Virus record (IMG/VR): IMGVR_UViG_3300044639_001144
Direction: 5' to 3' (one strand)
Length of the DNA: 64,000 bases
DNA from: a virus
Below are positions 32,701 through 39,202 of the stretch, piece by piece (within the stretch, counting starts at the first letter, position 1; the number at the start of each line of letters is the position of its first letter). Made by a program: the position numbers and the translations under genes. Below the pieces are notes generated by a model. The model was given only the letters and a program-made list of their open reading frames with translations. It was not told where the DNA came from and made no database searches.

Positions 32701-33059
32701 TTAATGTTAACTATGCTAATTTCTGGGAAAATACAGAGCCGTTTGACAGTACTACGTTTGATGAGGGTGATGTAACTGGTGAAACTTTATCTTTTGATTA
32801 CGGATTTGCTGGAACTCAAGAAGCAATTCAAGTGTATCTAGCAGGAGAATTGCAAACTAGTGGGTATGCGGTAACAAACACAGATCCTGTTGTAATATCG
32901 TTTAATACTCCGCCAGCAGATGGAGTAGAAGTAACTGTATTGGTAAAATTCGGGTCAACTTGGTATGCACAGGGTATTAATCCTCCAACTGCATCAAACG
33001 GGGTGCCTTTACAAGAAACCAATACTATCCCAGCTCTATTTCTAAGGGGTATAAATTAA
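17754..33059 (+). CDS. Giant (5,101 aa) virion/baseplate protein (gp7 position) with FG-GAP-like repeats and CBM5/12-like modules
   Basis: One uninterrupted ORF after gp6. Repeated FG...VGAP segments, W-x-[AP]-N-T-x-Y modules and duplicated beta domains. Confidence 0.75.
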   Translation: MAAKIRSVDFLPEIFQTPVNTQFLTATLDQLIQEPKYKQTQGFIGQKVGPGVIPTDGYVVEPTANRNNYQLEPGVVSLDPTTSKIKDAITYPGIINALAIQGGITNQADRLFESEYYSWDPFVDFDKYNNYAQYYWMPDGPDLVTVAPTSIPTEQTFNVTRGNGAYSFTDYAGTNPTLTLVRNGRYKFVVAQNTPATIEYRVTNNGTSSWTIDATANPTLTLIRGNTYVFNLVQTVDLAFYIKTQPSFGTTNLWTDGVTNNGASQGLITFTVPQNAPNTLYYSNDLEFNLRGQFNVVSAEPGTGPDFWIQSAPGIDGKLPWSKNISSRDVLGVSNNGTDLGTVTFNVPDISAQNFYYSMPYIGYPTATTGAVDLISNVLYDEINGITVDEFLAAYPDGIDGITNLNGRTIVFPTQSSDPAPGGWYNVQPFDPLLTGQDYQVGSYDTTQFSETIPITDPAIQASLWQIQYVNKNGVDFIQLNSILPIANLTQFIVSFGAQYVNTQWYKNSSGFFTQMPLLTAALPQLYYQDSQDPSIFGVINLIEGNINPDIPALAITGLASTGSQVTLSFAQQTSAPYSIGSTIIVSEIIPTGYNGNYTVLDCTSTSVTYASTYTGTYSSGGVINSVSINSYINVETDILGQQNYTSPNGITFTNGLKIVLKGNVFPTSYINNTYYVQGVGTSITLVPESLLVVVESYATDVNGQPTVPDYITINMASLDLNPWTRGNRWFHVDVIDAAAAYNNVTPSYTGLQRANRPILEFRAGTKLFNFGTEGVPAVNIIDFTQTNALLNVNGQIGYGSNGYEFEQGSLVIFAADSNPDVRNQIFTVNFIVPDPETTTVPIIDLVPTSYSPVLPDQTTVCLNGLTLPVTLASGTGTIVTLNFTPRSSVPYVVGQSISVAGITPASYNGNYIVTACTTSSVSFTSNTTTTYVSGGTIGVQGQSFYYNGTTWVESQQKTSVNQAPLFDVFDSSGYSFSDSTIYPSSNFTGCKLLSYTENSNNPVDSVLGIPLAFFSINNIGDILFTNNLYTDTFVYTPSETAGVTVDVSNGFVYRYLDRISFTPEIGWQTAAIPSLPRQQFQFTYDGQPLQLDVVVETTLNVPPVQIFINDVYQLPSTYTLSVDSATNVSSITLTGNGYIIGDIVEVLAYSQQVSNVAFYEVPINLENNPFNGNSKQFSLGTVRQHYSTICENLVDLNGPINGRNNTRDLGNIVPYGQLILQQSSPLTLAGFFLRNINYDIFASLDYNSREYTKYKNKLLTEVTRLDLTGSETVAQIFDLAVSNITKSLTSSDSFYWSDMFPTGTNYTSNTTIVNPITTQTFNTTQVYDFTSSNYLGLLVYVNNVLLIRGTEYTVSSDAAKLTILVSLNIGDIVTINEYPTTVANWCPNTPSKMGLYPKYTPSVYVDDTYSEPTVVIQGHDGSITIAFGDIRDQILFEFEKRIYDNIKVDENPIPLSTDQVNPYFYPVETTALLPGYFRKTPYTYDEVNQIMNEDFLTWVGQNKVDYTAQDYVASNPFTYNYSQAANRIDQTKFLQGNWRGIYRYFYDTETPNTTPWEMVGFTEEPAWWIIRYGPAPYTSGNTVLWDDLEAGIVGDPAGPYILPEYIRPGLASIIPAGPEGELLAPIDCIVGLNNPYGFQQSWAAGDGGPVQSSWWNSSSYPYAIMRLLALTKPAQFFSLFADRDLYRYNTTIGQYLLNNRYRLDAAGVQVYGDGVSKASYINWIVDYNQQTGVNSTSALTESLANLDVRLCYRMASFSDPAYVQLFTERGGPNSTNNSLEIPASSYELLFYKNQPFKQITYSSVIVQVEQLGTGGIGYSVFGYSNVQPYFNILVSSPVGAYQTISAGNTTVQIPSQYTKNIRQIPYGYVFTSASSVCDFLLSYGAYLENQGLVFADVYNGYTLDWKQMAQEFLYFGAQGWQPNTMINLNPSATTISASQPISIVDTIASVTPENMLLDQNRFALDVSKMIVNRNGNRFSVTTTTGQTINFLTLKFTNYEDMIVLNNTTQFNDLIYDPITAARQYRLSLIASTTAEWDGQLNAQGFILNLNNVEEWKPNTKYTKGMIVLYKNTYWQSLVISDPAEKFNFNNWIKSDYQLIDNGLLPNLANKADQLVSAYDVYQANLTSDNDLFAFGLIGFRPRPYMTNMNLNGVTQVQLYQQLIGTKGTLQAAEIFNLAQLNKKESGDYNVYENWGILAGTYGAQANRSSFEIRMNQALLSYNPSTIQIIAPGQTSKANQSLYVDDLWKESFNITSNEILPTVYETSSLPTALPSAGYVCLDDVDVTVFSLKDPSSIDAAIGDIGIGTYIWAAKINTYDWGVYRVAGVPGQILQISDNLNNTSIVRFTAYHGLNISDLIIIKYFDDTVDGVYRVLAVPTPTTIIIAYSFLNYNVTTLSGTGLAFHLQSARVSQASDIATLPYVNDLARGAIAWVDNDGSGHWVTVQKQDPFITDSIITPGLSAVSQYGSSIAQAESNFAALVGAPGSNRILTYFRGVLTNYQYNNSLELGAIDSSNFGNMISFGNSEWAVAGANTSLSNMGYAAVIYRNPNINDFSITQLLVPPDQNFDPIRFGTSGAISQDEKWMYIGAPGNNVVYAYEKVEVVDQSITYTASRDILAYNYATTIQIDYLNPNQLLITLEGNTLSSGIDYTLDQNNVILAFPPGNGQTLIISRNVSEQLDVQTYHVIQPDSASGSGYGAVFTVTNTRGLYTASLVTGGQNYAVNDILVINGTQLGGTTPANDLSITVGSVINGGTMVGFSLAGTGVYSADEFILSDYLYNATSIENFTVTVNQVMQRPYFDYTFDAETTTLTFLTIPAQGAVIIAATPTYWQYVANITATDSLAGDNFGATVSTTTDGRQVFVGAPNATSNDITDSGIVYTIDRSVIRYIVSTPTQMVYTIPGDINAPLVVTVNNVVLLTTSQSVNGQYSLSGNTVTFANITFNYGDIIEFGTNQFTQTQELISSTQNQSAQYGSAIDACPLSCSLYVGAPFDSTYLDEAGSVDHLVNQSRVYGVITSTIANPILPPYGTIRINNSIVTVPLNPNNTIAGFAAAINAAGIPNVVALPTTDLTFTGDGTTKTFNIGSLYTNASSYNTVVYINEVLQLPGVDYSYDPSTETINFVYIPLTGVLITVVSGRLTISVQNANAGVLNDLITVTPGVTSSIFDTLGFNTMVVTQQILSPAPAFNAQFGASLSIDSSAVNLIVGAPNGNVYEPTTFDAGQTYVDDHSTTFYNPINNGGVAYTYDFFPSSTNNINNPGQFAFGQQIYNTVIEQGDFFATAVNYTNGRLMVGAPGGTPNNTTSLGYTVVYNNPDNTPTWKPIRVQQPVVDVYAINNVFSYNGTQAVGINDTVNGGYQTYFDFFDPLQGKILGIARKNIDYIGAVDPAQYNQGTVHNNGQRWGAEHLGQVWWDTDTIRFIDPNQDDIVYASRRWGTTFPGSRADVYQWVESSTPPSSYSGSGTPLSPTSYSIGSVLGANNVFNTLYYFWVRGITTIASGSGKTLSVDGIASYILDPRSSGLPYIAGLNASTIAIYNAQGLLNGNNTILSIGFDQQLNDDVVHQEYQIITDGVANSFLNTNLYRKFLDSLCGIDTVGNTVPDPRLSLGMKYGVQFRPRQTMFADRFTALENYLGRANTVLSKYPITETCSFNLLTASQPTPSADSGAWDFVVPNLEILGYQNLAGIPVGYKYLVLSDSTHQGTWTIYAVGANRTLTLVQVQSYDTSLYWYYVNWYLPGYNSSIAPVAAVQNYGQLATLSYAAVPIGASVRVIANGSGKWEIYLRTGTNPATGWQRVGLEDGTIAFKEELWNYSVGNYGFGAQTFDSQHFDQAPQIETRFVLRALNEEIYVEELALERNSSLILMFNYVYSEFTNPSWLIKTSYVDVNHNIRALQPYQTYLADNQDFVLDYFQEVKPYHVQVRQFNLIYNGEDNFQGDITDFDLPAYWNSALPAPQFVSPILTPYTQAITTNNSLASNTAPNDQLWLTPSLYSQWFNNYELNVQGVTLVNSGVGYTTVPIITFGTVWQANTSYSLGQQVYYANNLYTVTVPGITGSTAPTFTFGSVLDGSATLAYAGYPATGTCIINTYGSIISITVTNPGKGYITDATVNITGGGLPGITIPWAANLAVVSNSYIITPTNNIFEVTVAGILDGVAPVGQTNQVNGTATLAFVGQIAKAGVVMGNPSGHSLARTFNATLKYDRYEYSSNIVEWTANTTYAAGTQVRFDNIVWSADSTITNPVFDPEQWTQVEASTLSGVNRTMGYYVSTVNTPGLSLPLLIDGVEYPGVQVSGLNFNQDTGFDRGNFDINPFDNYSLDANGSPTYDLNILDTIFESSYLDPYLGTRPSDINIDGGKYVDVFESHAPEELVPGIEFDTLDMRVYTTPGADWRGLGHGFNQGLVQVIYNINSPTISFANLVTYPFNLEITNATQRYNLVEGTDYTIDWPNLTFTIISNFIRVVDGDQLGVYVYDLGGGNQLFKNTYLGNEFGDELTVPVDDNLLLSNDNGFAIFVNGSYLSNVNYTYTAGTAFGTTTITFDDTYTSTDFISLAAFGPTTVNSVITDYEWSLPVTQSFTVSTSGQTVFNLDPAISLEYTNPVTAIVTVGGVTARGSAGIPYIGDGSTYTYILPQRISANPITIVKANVSVYIDGILQNPTTYELEVSDGFSSDSSVDYFSAGPFDLDAGILYVLLDTAPDDGAQIYIAVDSTAQYLIDADAMTLTFIENTGINPFVGQVISVTTFNDTREQRLSTQIFVGPITEGAVVTEGFDTTGFGNIFDGTIGTVVQNNNFVLYQTYADISRPWVSLNGRTLTAYLDYTIEGNLLILNSGTIRVTDTLIVTNVTNSVVPAAMAFRIFQDMRGVQATYRITPNTTTTVAQQVAQDDDTIYVVDASALSIPNFAANIWGVATINGERIMYREIDFTTNTISSLLRGTAGTAAAAHNVGEYVYDMGRGNLLSPEFQDYVESSSFICNGTTNTFTTTINVNYANFWENTEPFDSTTFDEGDVTGETLSFDYGFAGTQEAIQVYLAGELQTSGYAVTNTDPVVISFNTPPADGVEVTVLVKFGSTWYAQGINPPTASNGVPLQETNTIPALFLRGIN

Positions 33060-33112
33060 AATAAATAACTGTAAGTTTTTACTTAGTTATAAATTATAAT
33101 AAATAAAGAACA

Positions 33113-33250
33113 ATGGAAAATACAACATCTACTCAGCAACAATCTAATCCTACTAAACAGCCTAACGACACAGGATCTGTATCTGTGGATGCTTTTGTAA
33201 AGATATTTGATCCAAAAACACGTAAGGTATTTGTGGAGCAAAAAGCATGA
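33113..33250 (+). CDS. Small 45-aa late protein (MENTTSTQQQ...FVKIFDPKTRKVFVEQKA)
   Basis: Translated by hand. TAAATA at 33100-33105 upstream; ATGA overlap with the next gene, whose N-terminus it resembles. Confidence 0.6.
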   Translation: MENTTSTQQQSNPTKQPNDTGSVSVDAFVKIFDPKTRKVFVEQKA

Positions 33251-33852
33251 TACAACCTGGTTTAGCAAAAATTGAAGGATTTATTAAAATTACTGATGCT
33301 GTAACTGGCGAGGTTTTAGTTGATAAAAAGAACGCCATTAATTACGAAAATATATCAATTGCTATGGCAAATGCTCTTGCAGATCAAGGAAAAGGCTGGA
33401 TTTACACCATGGCTTTTGGTAATGGCGGATCAGCAGTAGATCCGACAGGAGTTATTACATATCTTCCCCCGAATGTAGTAGGGCAAAATGCTAGTTTGTA
33501 CAATGAAACTTATGCTCAAGTAGTAGATCAAAATTCAGCTAATAATTTAGATCCTGTCAATAATAACATGACAGTATTGCATACGTCAGGCAATCCGTAC
33601 ACAGATATACTAGTATCATGTTTATTAGATTATGGGCAACCAGCTGGACAACAAGCATTTGATAATAGTACCAATTTTAATGGTGAATATGTATTTGATG
33701 AATTAGGATTACAATGCTGGGATGGTTCAGCTAATAATTTATTCTTAATTACTCATGTTATTTTTCACCCAGTACAAAAGAGTTTGAATCGTCAAATCCA
33801 AATAGATTATACGTTACGAATTCAGACTTTGACGAACCTAAGCGCCGCATAA
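33247..33852 (+). CDS. Virion structural protein (baseplate/tail-fiber attachment region)
   Basis: MAFGNGG, FDELGL and THVIFHPVQKSLNR motifs; structural operon context. Confidence 0.55.
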   Translation: MIQPGLAKIEGFIKITDAVTGEVLVDKKNAINYENISIAMANALADQGKGWIYTMAFGNGGSAVDPTGVITYLPPNVVGQNASLYNETYAQVVDQNSANNLDPVNNNMTVLHTSGNPYTDILVSCLLDYGQPAGQQAFDNSTNFNGEYVFDELGLQCWDGSANNLFLITHVIFHPVQKSLNRQIQIDYTLRIQTLTNLSAA

Positions 33853-33872
33853 ATATGTATATATTAAACGGC

Positions 33873-33880
33873 TATAAATA
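33873..33880 (+). promoter_or_regulatory. Late promoter TATAAATA
   Basis: Perfect T4 consensus before the gene at 33904; a second TAAATA lies at 33850-33855. Confidence 0.7.
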
Positions 33881-33903
33881 CTATACAAGGACGGAGTAAT
33901 AAT

Positions 33904-35106
33904 ATGAGTTATACAATCAATTTAACCAACGGTAATTTATTAGTTACTGTTCCAGACGGTACAATCGATACTACTACCTGCTCGCAGGCATTGATAGGCA
34001 AAAATTATGCTGGATATGGACAATTTTTGGATGACAACTTCGTTCATTTGTTAGAATGCGGGGCTGATTCTACTCAACCAACTGCACCATTAACTGGTCA
34101 ACTATGGTTTGATACTACATTAGGTGTATTACAAGTATACAATGGCGCAGATTTTAAAACTCTTGGTAGCGCACAGGCCGCAGCTAGTGCTCCATTGAAC
34201 AACGCTATAGGTGATTTGTGGTTTAATACAACTGCACAGCAATTAAATGTATATACTGGAACAGCTTGGTTATTAGTTGGTCCAATTTATAGTGCATCTA
34301 CTGGTATTACAGGTGCGGTTCCGGCTGTAGTTACTGATAATACTGCTGCTTCTCATATTGTTGTTGAACTTTACGTAAATGATACAATTGTTGGATTTAT
34401 TTCCGAAGATGCTGCATTTACTCCAAGTCCAAGTATTTCTGGATTTACAACAGTTCGTCCAGGTATTACTCTAGCTACAACAGTCGGCGGACAAGTTCCG
34501 TTATTCCAAGGAACTGCTACTAACTCACAGGCTTTAGGTAACGTTACTGCTAGCTCATTCATGAGGTCAGATCAAAATACATCTACTAGTGGTAGTATTA
34601 CTATTAACTCGTCAGGTGCTGCTGTTGCTCTTATTAACGCAGCTGGGTCTGCTGTTGGCAACATTGGCAGTAGTTCGGTCCCATTCAATACAATATTTGC
34701 TACAGCTACTTCAGCACAATATGCTGACGTAGCAGAACGTTTTGCTTCTGACGAAGCATATACTCCAGGTACTGTTGTTGAGTTAGGTGGATCAGCAGAA
34801 ATTACAAGATCTAACACCGCATTAAGCGAATCTGTGTTTGGAGTCATAAGTACAAGAGCAGCCTATTTAATGAATGGTGGTGCAGGTAATGATTTAACCC
34901 ACCCTCCAGTTGCTATGACAGGCCGTGTTCCAGTTCAGGTCACAGGTGTCGTACAGCGTGGAGATCGTTTAGTATCAGCAGGTAACGGCATAGCAAGAGC
35001 CGCAGCAGCTGGTGAAGCGACAGCATTCAATGTAATAGGGCGTTCACTCAATGACAAATTAGATTCAGGTTTAGGTACCGTTGAAGCTATTGTTACAATT
35101 AAATAA
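33904..35106 (+). CDS. Tail fiber-like protein with a C-terminal intramolecular-chaperone (peptidase G2-like) domain
   Basis: LIGKNYAGYG...NFVHLLE...GQLWFD head; C-terminal AQYADVAERF...PGTVV...GVIS...PVAMTGRVPV...GDRLVS. Confidence 0.65.
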   Translation: MSYTINLTNGNLLVTVPDGTIDTTTCSQALIGKNYAGYGQFLDDNFVHLLECGADSTQPTAPLTGQLWFDTTLGVLQVYNGADFKTLGSAQAAASAPLNNAIGDLWFNTTAQQLNVYTGTAWLLVGPIYSASTGITGAVPAVVTDNTAASHIVVELYVNDTIVGFISEDAAFTPSPSISGFTTVRPGITLATTVGGQVPLFQGTATNSQALGNVTASSFMRSDQNTSTSGSITINSSGAAVALINAAGSAVGNIGSSSVPFNTIFATATSAQYADVAERFASDEAYTPGTVVELGGSAEITRSNTALSESVFGVISTRAAYLMNGGAGNDLTHPPVAMTGRVPVQVTGVVQRGDRLVSAGNGIARAAAAGEATAFNVIGRSLNDKLDSGLGTVEAIVTIK

Positions 35107-35128
35107 ACTATAACAGGAAAACACGGTA

Positions 35129-36082
35129 ATGACTTACTCTACAGGAAATTTAATACAGGCAACAGACTATAATGGTTTTGTTTCCACTACAGTTGGTGCT
35201 AATATTAATGCTACTATGAATACTACATACGGACAAACAGCATTGTCTACTGTAGCAGCAGCTGGCACAGTAACAGCGACTCAATGGTCAACATTGAATG
35301 CAAATATTAGTACTATGGGAAGCCATCAAGGTACTACTATTACATCAAGAACAAATCCAGTGGCGGGTAACGTAATTGCTGTATTAGCAAACGTTAATGC
35401 AGACATTACTAGTTGCTATACTAATCGTTTTAATGCTGCCACACAGGGTTCACAATATACAGCATGGACTGGTACTGCTAGTAAAACTACAGGAACCGGT
35501 TCTGGTACAGCAGCATGGACTATTACATTTACTAATACAGTTACTTTTGCCAATACAAACGCTGCTAGTAATTTCTTTAATTCTGGTGGATTAATTAAAA
35601 CTCAATTTAGCAAAACTTCAACTGGAACAGCCCAAGATACCCAATGGAACTCATTTATTGGGAATGTATGCGGCACAATTTTTCTATCTAGTACAGCAGC
35701 CAGCAAAACTCTTAGCGGTAACACGTATACAGGTACAACTAAAGTTGGCGGTAATGGTACTCCTACTACTTTAACAACAAGTACAGGATTTGCTCAATTA
35801 ACATCTTCGCCTGTTACAATTTATAAACAATTTGCTGTTGGCTCACCTTATTCTTCAAATTTTGTGCAAGTTAATGCCTCAGTTAGTGGTGCTGTGTTAA
35901 CACTTACTACTCTGTGGTCTGATGCTGGCGATCCATTTGGAGCAGCTATTACAGGCGGTACAGCAACTACTGGTATTACTTTTGGCACAGCTCCGGCAAC
36001 AGTAGTTACATATTTTCCTCCTGAAACAACATATCTTGCTAACGTCTGGGGAACACCAACTGTAGCAGCTTCTGTAGTTTAA
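35129..36082 (+). CDS. Thr/Gly-rich virion structural protein (fiber/collar-like)
   Basis: MTYSTGNLIQATDYN start and FFNSGG motif; follows the fiber gene. Confidence 0.5.
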   Translation: MTYSTGNLIQATDYNGFVSTTVGANINATMNTTYGQTALSTVAAAGTVTATQWSTLNANISTMGSHQGTTITSRTNPVAGNVIAVLANVNADITSCYTNRFNAATQGSQYTAWTGTASKTTGTGSGTAAWTITFTNTVTFANTNAASNFFNSGGLIKTQFSKTSTGTAQDTQWNSFIGNVCGTIFLSSTAASKTLSGNTYTGTTKVGGNGTPTTLTTSTGFAQLTSSPVTIYKQFAVGSPYSSNFVQVNASVSGAVLTLTTLWSDAGDPFGAAITGGTATTGITFGTAPATVVTYFPPETTYLANVWGTPTVAASVV

Positions 36083-36092
36083 TTGTTTTACC

Positions 36093-36120
36093 AAAGGGAC
36101 TTTAGGTCCCTTTACTTTTA
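36093..36120 (+). terminator. Rho-independent terminator ending the structural operon
   Basis: AAAGGGAC-TTTAG-GTCCCTTT stem-loop followed by a T-rich tract. Confidence 0.75.
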
Positions 36121-36139
36121 TTCTTTTCTGTAGTATAAT
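36111..36139 (+). promoter_or_regulatory. Sigma70-type promoter TTTACT-17-TATAAT
   Basis: -10 at 36134-36139; the ATG at 36146 follows after 6 nt. Confidence 0.55.
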
Positions 36140-36145
36140 AATCAT

Positions 36146-36451
36146 ATGGATACTGATAAATTAGTCGCACACTCGCGGGCTAGGTTTGACCACGCCGCCG
36201 CAAAACGAACTCTCAAAGAAAAATATCAAGCACGGCTAATTTTTGGCTGGAATGGAGGCATGTTTGAAACAACTCCTGAAATGATTACATTTTTTGCCCT
36301 GTGTGGTGATAAACTAGTTGTTGTGTTGGATATGTATGGAAATCCCATTAAAGTTCACGCAGCAACTCTATTAAGCCTTATGCGTGATAAATGGGAAGTA
36401 TGTATGCAAGACTGGCATACTGAATACGAAGAATTAAACAAAAAACGATGA
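36146..36451 (+). CDS. Hypothetical protein
   Basis: 101-aa ORF, ATGA-coupled to the next gene. Confidence 0.7.
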   Translation: MDTDKLVAHSRARFDHAAAKRTLKEKYQARLIFGWNGGMFETTPEMITFFALCGDKLVVVLDMYGNPIKVHAATLLSLMRDKWEVCMQDWHTEYEELNKKR

Positions 36452-37251
36452 CTACCGGTGCACTTATATTCGCTTTTAATAATGAGCACATAGATTATCT
36501 CGCTATGGCACGATGGACAGCTGCCAATATTCTGAGGCATTTAGATATCCCAACTGCTATTGTGACAGATACGCAATTTGATCCTAAAGAATATGAGCAA
36601 TGTATTTTTGCCAAACCAGAAGGAGCTCATTCAAGAAGGTTTGCTGATCAAGACAATGATGTAACCTGGTATAATGGTAACCGCGTTGACGCATATGGGT
36701 TAACTCCATGGGAACAGACATTAGTAATAGATGCTGATTATGTCGTGGCAAGTGATCAACTAAAGACATTATTAGCTATGCCACATACTTTTGCGGCACA
36801 TAAAACAGCATATGATGTTGTAAATCTAGATAATTTTGATGAATTAAACAACTTTGGCAACTTTAACATGCCAATGTGGTGGGCTACAGTAATGATGTTT
36901 AGGCGAGATCCAGAAGTTGAGATGTTATTTAACGCAATGAATATGATTAAGCAAAATTGGCAGCATTATAGAAATTTGTATAAGATTTCAAAATCAACCT
37001 ATCGCAATGATTTTGCTCTAAGTATTGCTTTAGGTATTATTCATGGGCATACACTTGATCATACCGACATTCCGTGGAACCTAGCATCAGTAACTCCTGA
37101 CCATGCGCTGAAAAAACTAGCAAACGACATATATCAAGTAGATTTTTTAACACAGGATCAAAAACCAAGATATATAACTTTATCTAATCAGGATTTTCAT
37201 GCAATGGGTAAGAGACATTTAGGAGATATTGTTGCCAGTGATATCGGATAG
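36448..37251 (+). CDS. Glycosyltransferase-like protein (GT-A fold)
   Basis: GALIFAFN N-terminal strand, TPWEQTLVIDADY (DxD) and YRNDFALSIA. Confidence 0.6.
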   Translation: MTTGALIFAFNNEHIDYLAMARWTAANILRHLDIPTAIVTDTQFDPKEYEQCIFAKPEGAHSRRFADQDNDVTWYNGNRVDAYGLTPWEQTLVIDADYVVASDQLKTLLAMPHTFAAHKTAYDVVNLDNFDELNNFGNFNMPMWWATVMMFRRDPEVEMLFNAMNMIKQNWQHYRNLYKISKSTYRNDFALSIALGIIHGHTLDHTDIPWNLASVTPDHALKKLANDIYQVDFLTQDQKPRYITLSNQDFHAMGKRHLGDIVASDIG

Positions 37252-37963
37252 AGGATATTTGATCCCTGCTATCGGTGATCAATATATTGAGTGTGCTAAT
37301 AAGTTAGTTTATAGTATACGTCAGTGGCATCCTAATGCTTATTACACTATTATCACTGAGGATATGTTACCATATGGAAATCTTGGAGGATATGCTAATG
37401 ATTGGCAATGTTGTTTGCTTAGTCCATACAAACATACTATCAAATTAGAAGCTGATATGTGGTGTGCTAGTCCGATTGATCATTGGTGGGATTTATTCAT
37501 GACCAAGGATCTAGTTATTAGTCAAGGATGTAGAGATTTTTACGATAAAGCTGGTAAATCAAGATATTATCGCAAGATATTTGATGATAACAACTTGCCT
37601 GATGTGTATAATGCCATTACATACTGGCAAACAAGTGATACAGCCACTGAATTTTTCAAATTAGTGCGTAGTATATTTGAAAATTGGGAAAAGTATAAGA
37701 CTTTGTTAAAATTTCCCGATGAAAAAGCTACCACTGATGTAGTTTATGCTATGGCCGCTATTATAATGGGAGTTGAAGATGTAACCTTACCGAAAGGACT
37801 AGGCCCGACAATAGTACATATGAAGAAACATATGATACCTATTTTATCGGAAGATTGGAGTAAAGAGTTAGTATGTGAACATACAAATCCTGGCATTAGA
37901 ATCAATACAGTAGCACAATGGGGATTAGTTCATTATTATATCAAAGAGATGGCAAATGAATGA
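37229..37963 (+). CDS. Glycosyltransferase-like protein (paralog of the preceding gene)
   Basis: RGYLIPA, SPYKHTIKLEADM (ExD) and TDVVYAMA motifs in the same order as 36448-37251. Confidence 0.55.
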   Translation: MLPVISDRGYLIPAIGDQYIECANKLVYSIRQWHPNAYYTIITEDMLPYGNLGGYANDWQCCLLSPYKHTIKLEADMWCASPIDHWWDLFMTKDLVISQGCRDFYDKAGKSRYYRKIFDDNNLPDVYNAITYWQTSDTATEFFKLVRSIFENWEKYKTLLKFPDEKATTDVVYAMAAIIMGVEDVTLPKGLGPTIVHMKKHMIPILSEDWSKELVCEHTNPGIRINTVAQWGLVHYYIKEMANE

Positions 37964-38273
37964 AGAAGAATTTTGGGCAGCATTGCAGCCTATAGAGATA
38001 AAACCTGTATTTTATAGGCTGTATCATGACGAACAAGGACTTCCATTATTTTTTAGTCAAGAAGATTTACCTGGTAATTATATAGATCTTGATCAGACTA
38101 CATACAATACACCTCATACTCACATTCGAGTAATTGATGGTAAACTAGTGACTCTTGATACAAATGTAATAACAAAAATAACTCCTACAACATATGGAGT
38201 ACCATGTCACCCACACGATGTAAGTATAGTGGTTGGCACAGCATTGCCTCATGTAAACTGGAATATAGTATGA
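37956..38273 (+). CDS. Hypothetical protein
   Basis: 105-aa ORF with overlaps coupling it to both neighbours. Confidence 0.65.
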   Translation: MNEEEFWAALQPIEIKPVFYRLYHDEQGLPLFFSQEDLPGNYIDLDQTTYNTPHTHIRVIDGKLVTLDTNVITKITPTTYGVPCHPHDVSIVVGTALPHVNWNIV

Positions 38274-39202
38274 CGACAAGAGTAGATGTAGCAGATTTAG
38301 ATGTAGTATATCTTTCGTATGACGAACCACAAAAAGAAAAGTTTTGGGTCAACATTAAAAACATAGTGCCCTGGGCAAAGCGGGTCGACGGAGTTGTTGG
38401 ATCAGATGCGGCCCATAAAGCTGCTGCTGCTGCTAGTGAAACTGAAAGATTTATTTTAATTGACGGTGATAATCTTCCTGAAGATGATTTTTTTGATCTA
38501 ATACTTGAATTTCCAGATGAACAATGGGAACAAGCTGTATATCGATGGAGAGCACGTAATAATATTAATGGATTGATGTATGGCAATGGAGGAATTAGTT
38601 CATGGACTCGCACGTTTATCAATGACATGAAAACACATGAAAATACTGATGGCAAAGTTGAAACTCAAGTAGAATTTTGCTTTGATCCATTATACTGGGC
38701 TATGCATGACTGTTATTCAACAACATATCCAAATGGATCACCGTTTCAAGCATGGAGAGCTGGGTTTAGGGAAGGGGTTAAGATGTGTTTAGATCGCGGA
38801 TCTAAACCTAGTATACAAGATTTTAGAAAACGTGTTCATCATCGTAATCTTGATCACTTAACTATATGGCATAATGTAGGCAGAGATGTTGAGAATGGTA
38901 TTTGGGCTATATTGGGAGCTCGTATGGGCACCTACATGCTTATGATTAACTCAACTTGGGATTACACACAGGTACAAGATTTTAATGCGCTTAAACTGAT
39001 ATATGATACTATCGATGGGCATAACCCAGAGCATGTTGCTGCTAGGATTGCGCCTGATTTGCATACACAATTAGATCTTCCGATAACAATGCTAGATGAA
39101 ACTGCTAGTAAGTTTTTTAAGCGTCACTATCATAGTAACTGGCACAACCAAGGCATAATGGTTCGTGAAATTGATGTAATACGCAGACAAGAAGGTTGGT
39201 AA
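38270..39202 (+). CDS. Glycosyltransferase-like protein (GT-A)
   Basis: DVVYLSYDEP, KRVDGVVGSDAAHKAAA, LIDGDN (DxD) and AWRAGFREGVKM. Likely ATG at 38270 (ATGA overlap). Confidence 0.6.
   Translation: MTTRVDVADLDVVYLSYDEPQKEKFWVNIKNIVPWAKRVDGVVGSDAAHKAAAAASETERFILIDGDNLPEDDFFDLILEFPDEQWEQAVYRWRARNNINGLMYGNGGISSWTRTFINDMKTHENTDGKVETQVEFCFDPLYWAMHDCYSTTYPNGSPFQAWRAGFREGVKMCLDRGSKPSIQDFRKRVHHRNLDHLTIWHNVGRDVENGIWAILGARMGTYMLMINSTWDYTQVQDFNALKLIYDTIDGHNPEHVAARIAPDLHTQLDLPITMLDETASKFFKRHYHSNWHNQGIMVREIDVIRRQEGW

Noticed and set aside
38185-38655. 156-aa minus-strand ORF and the many other 60-126-aa overlapping ORFs in the track
   Set aside because: They lie antisense or out of frame within well-supported genes and show no motifs.
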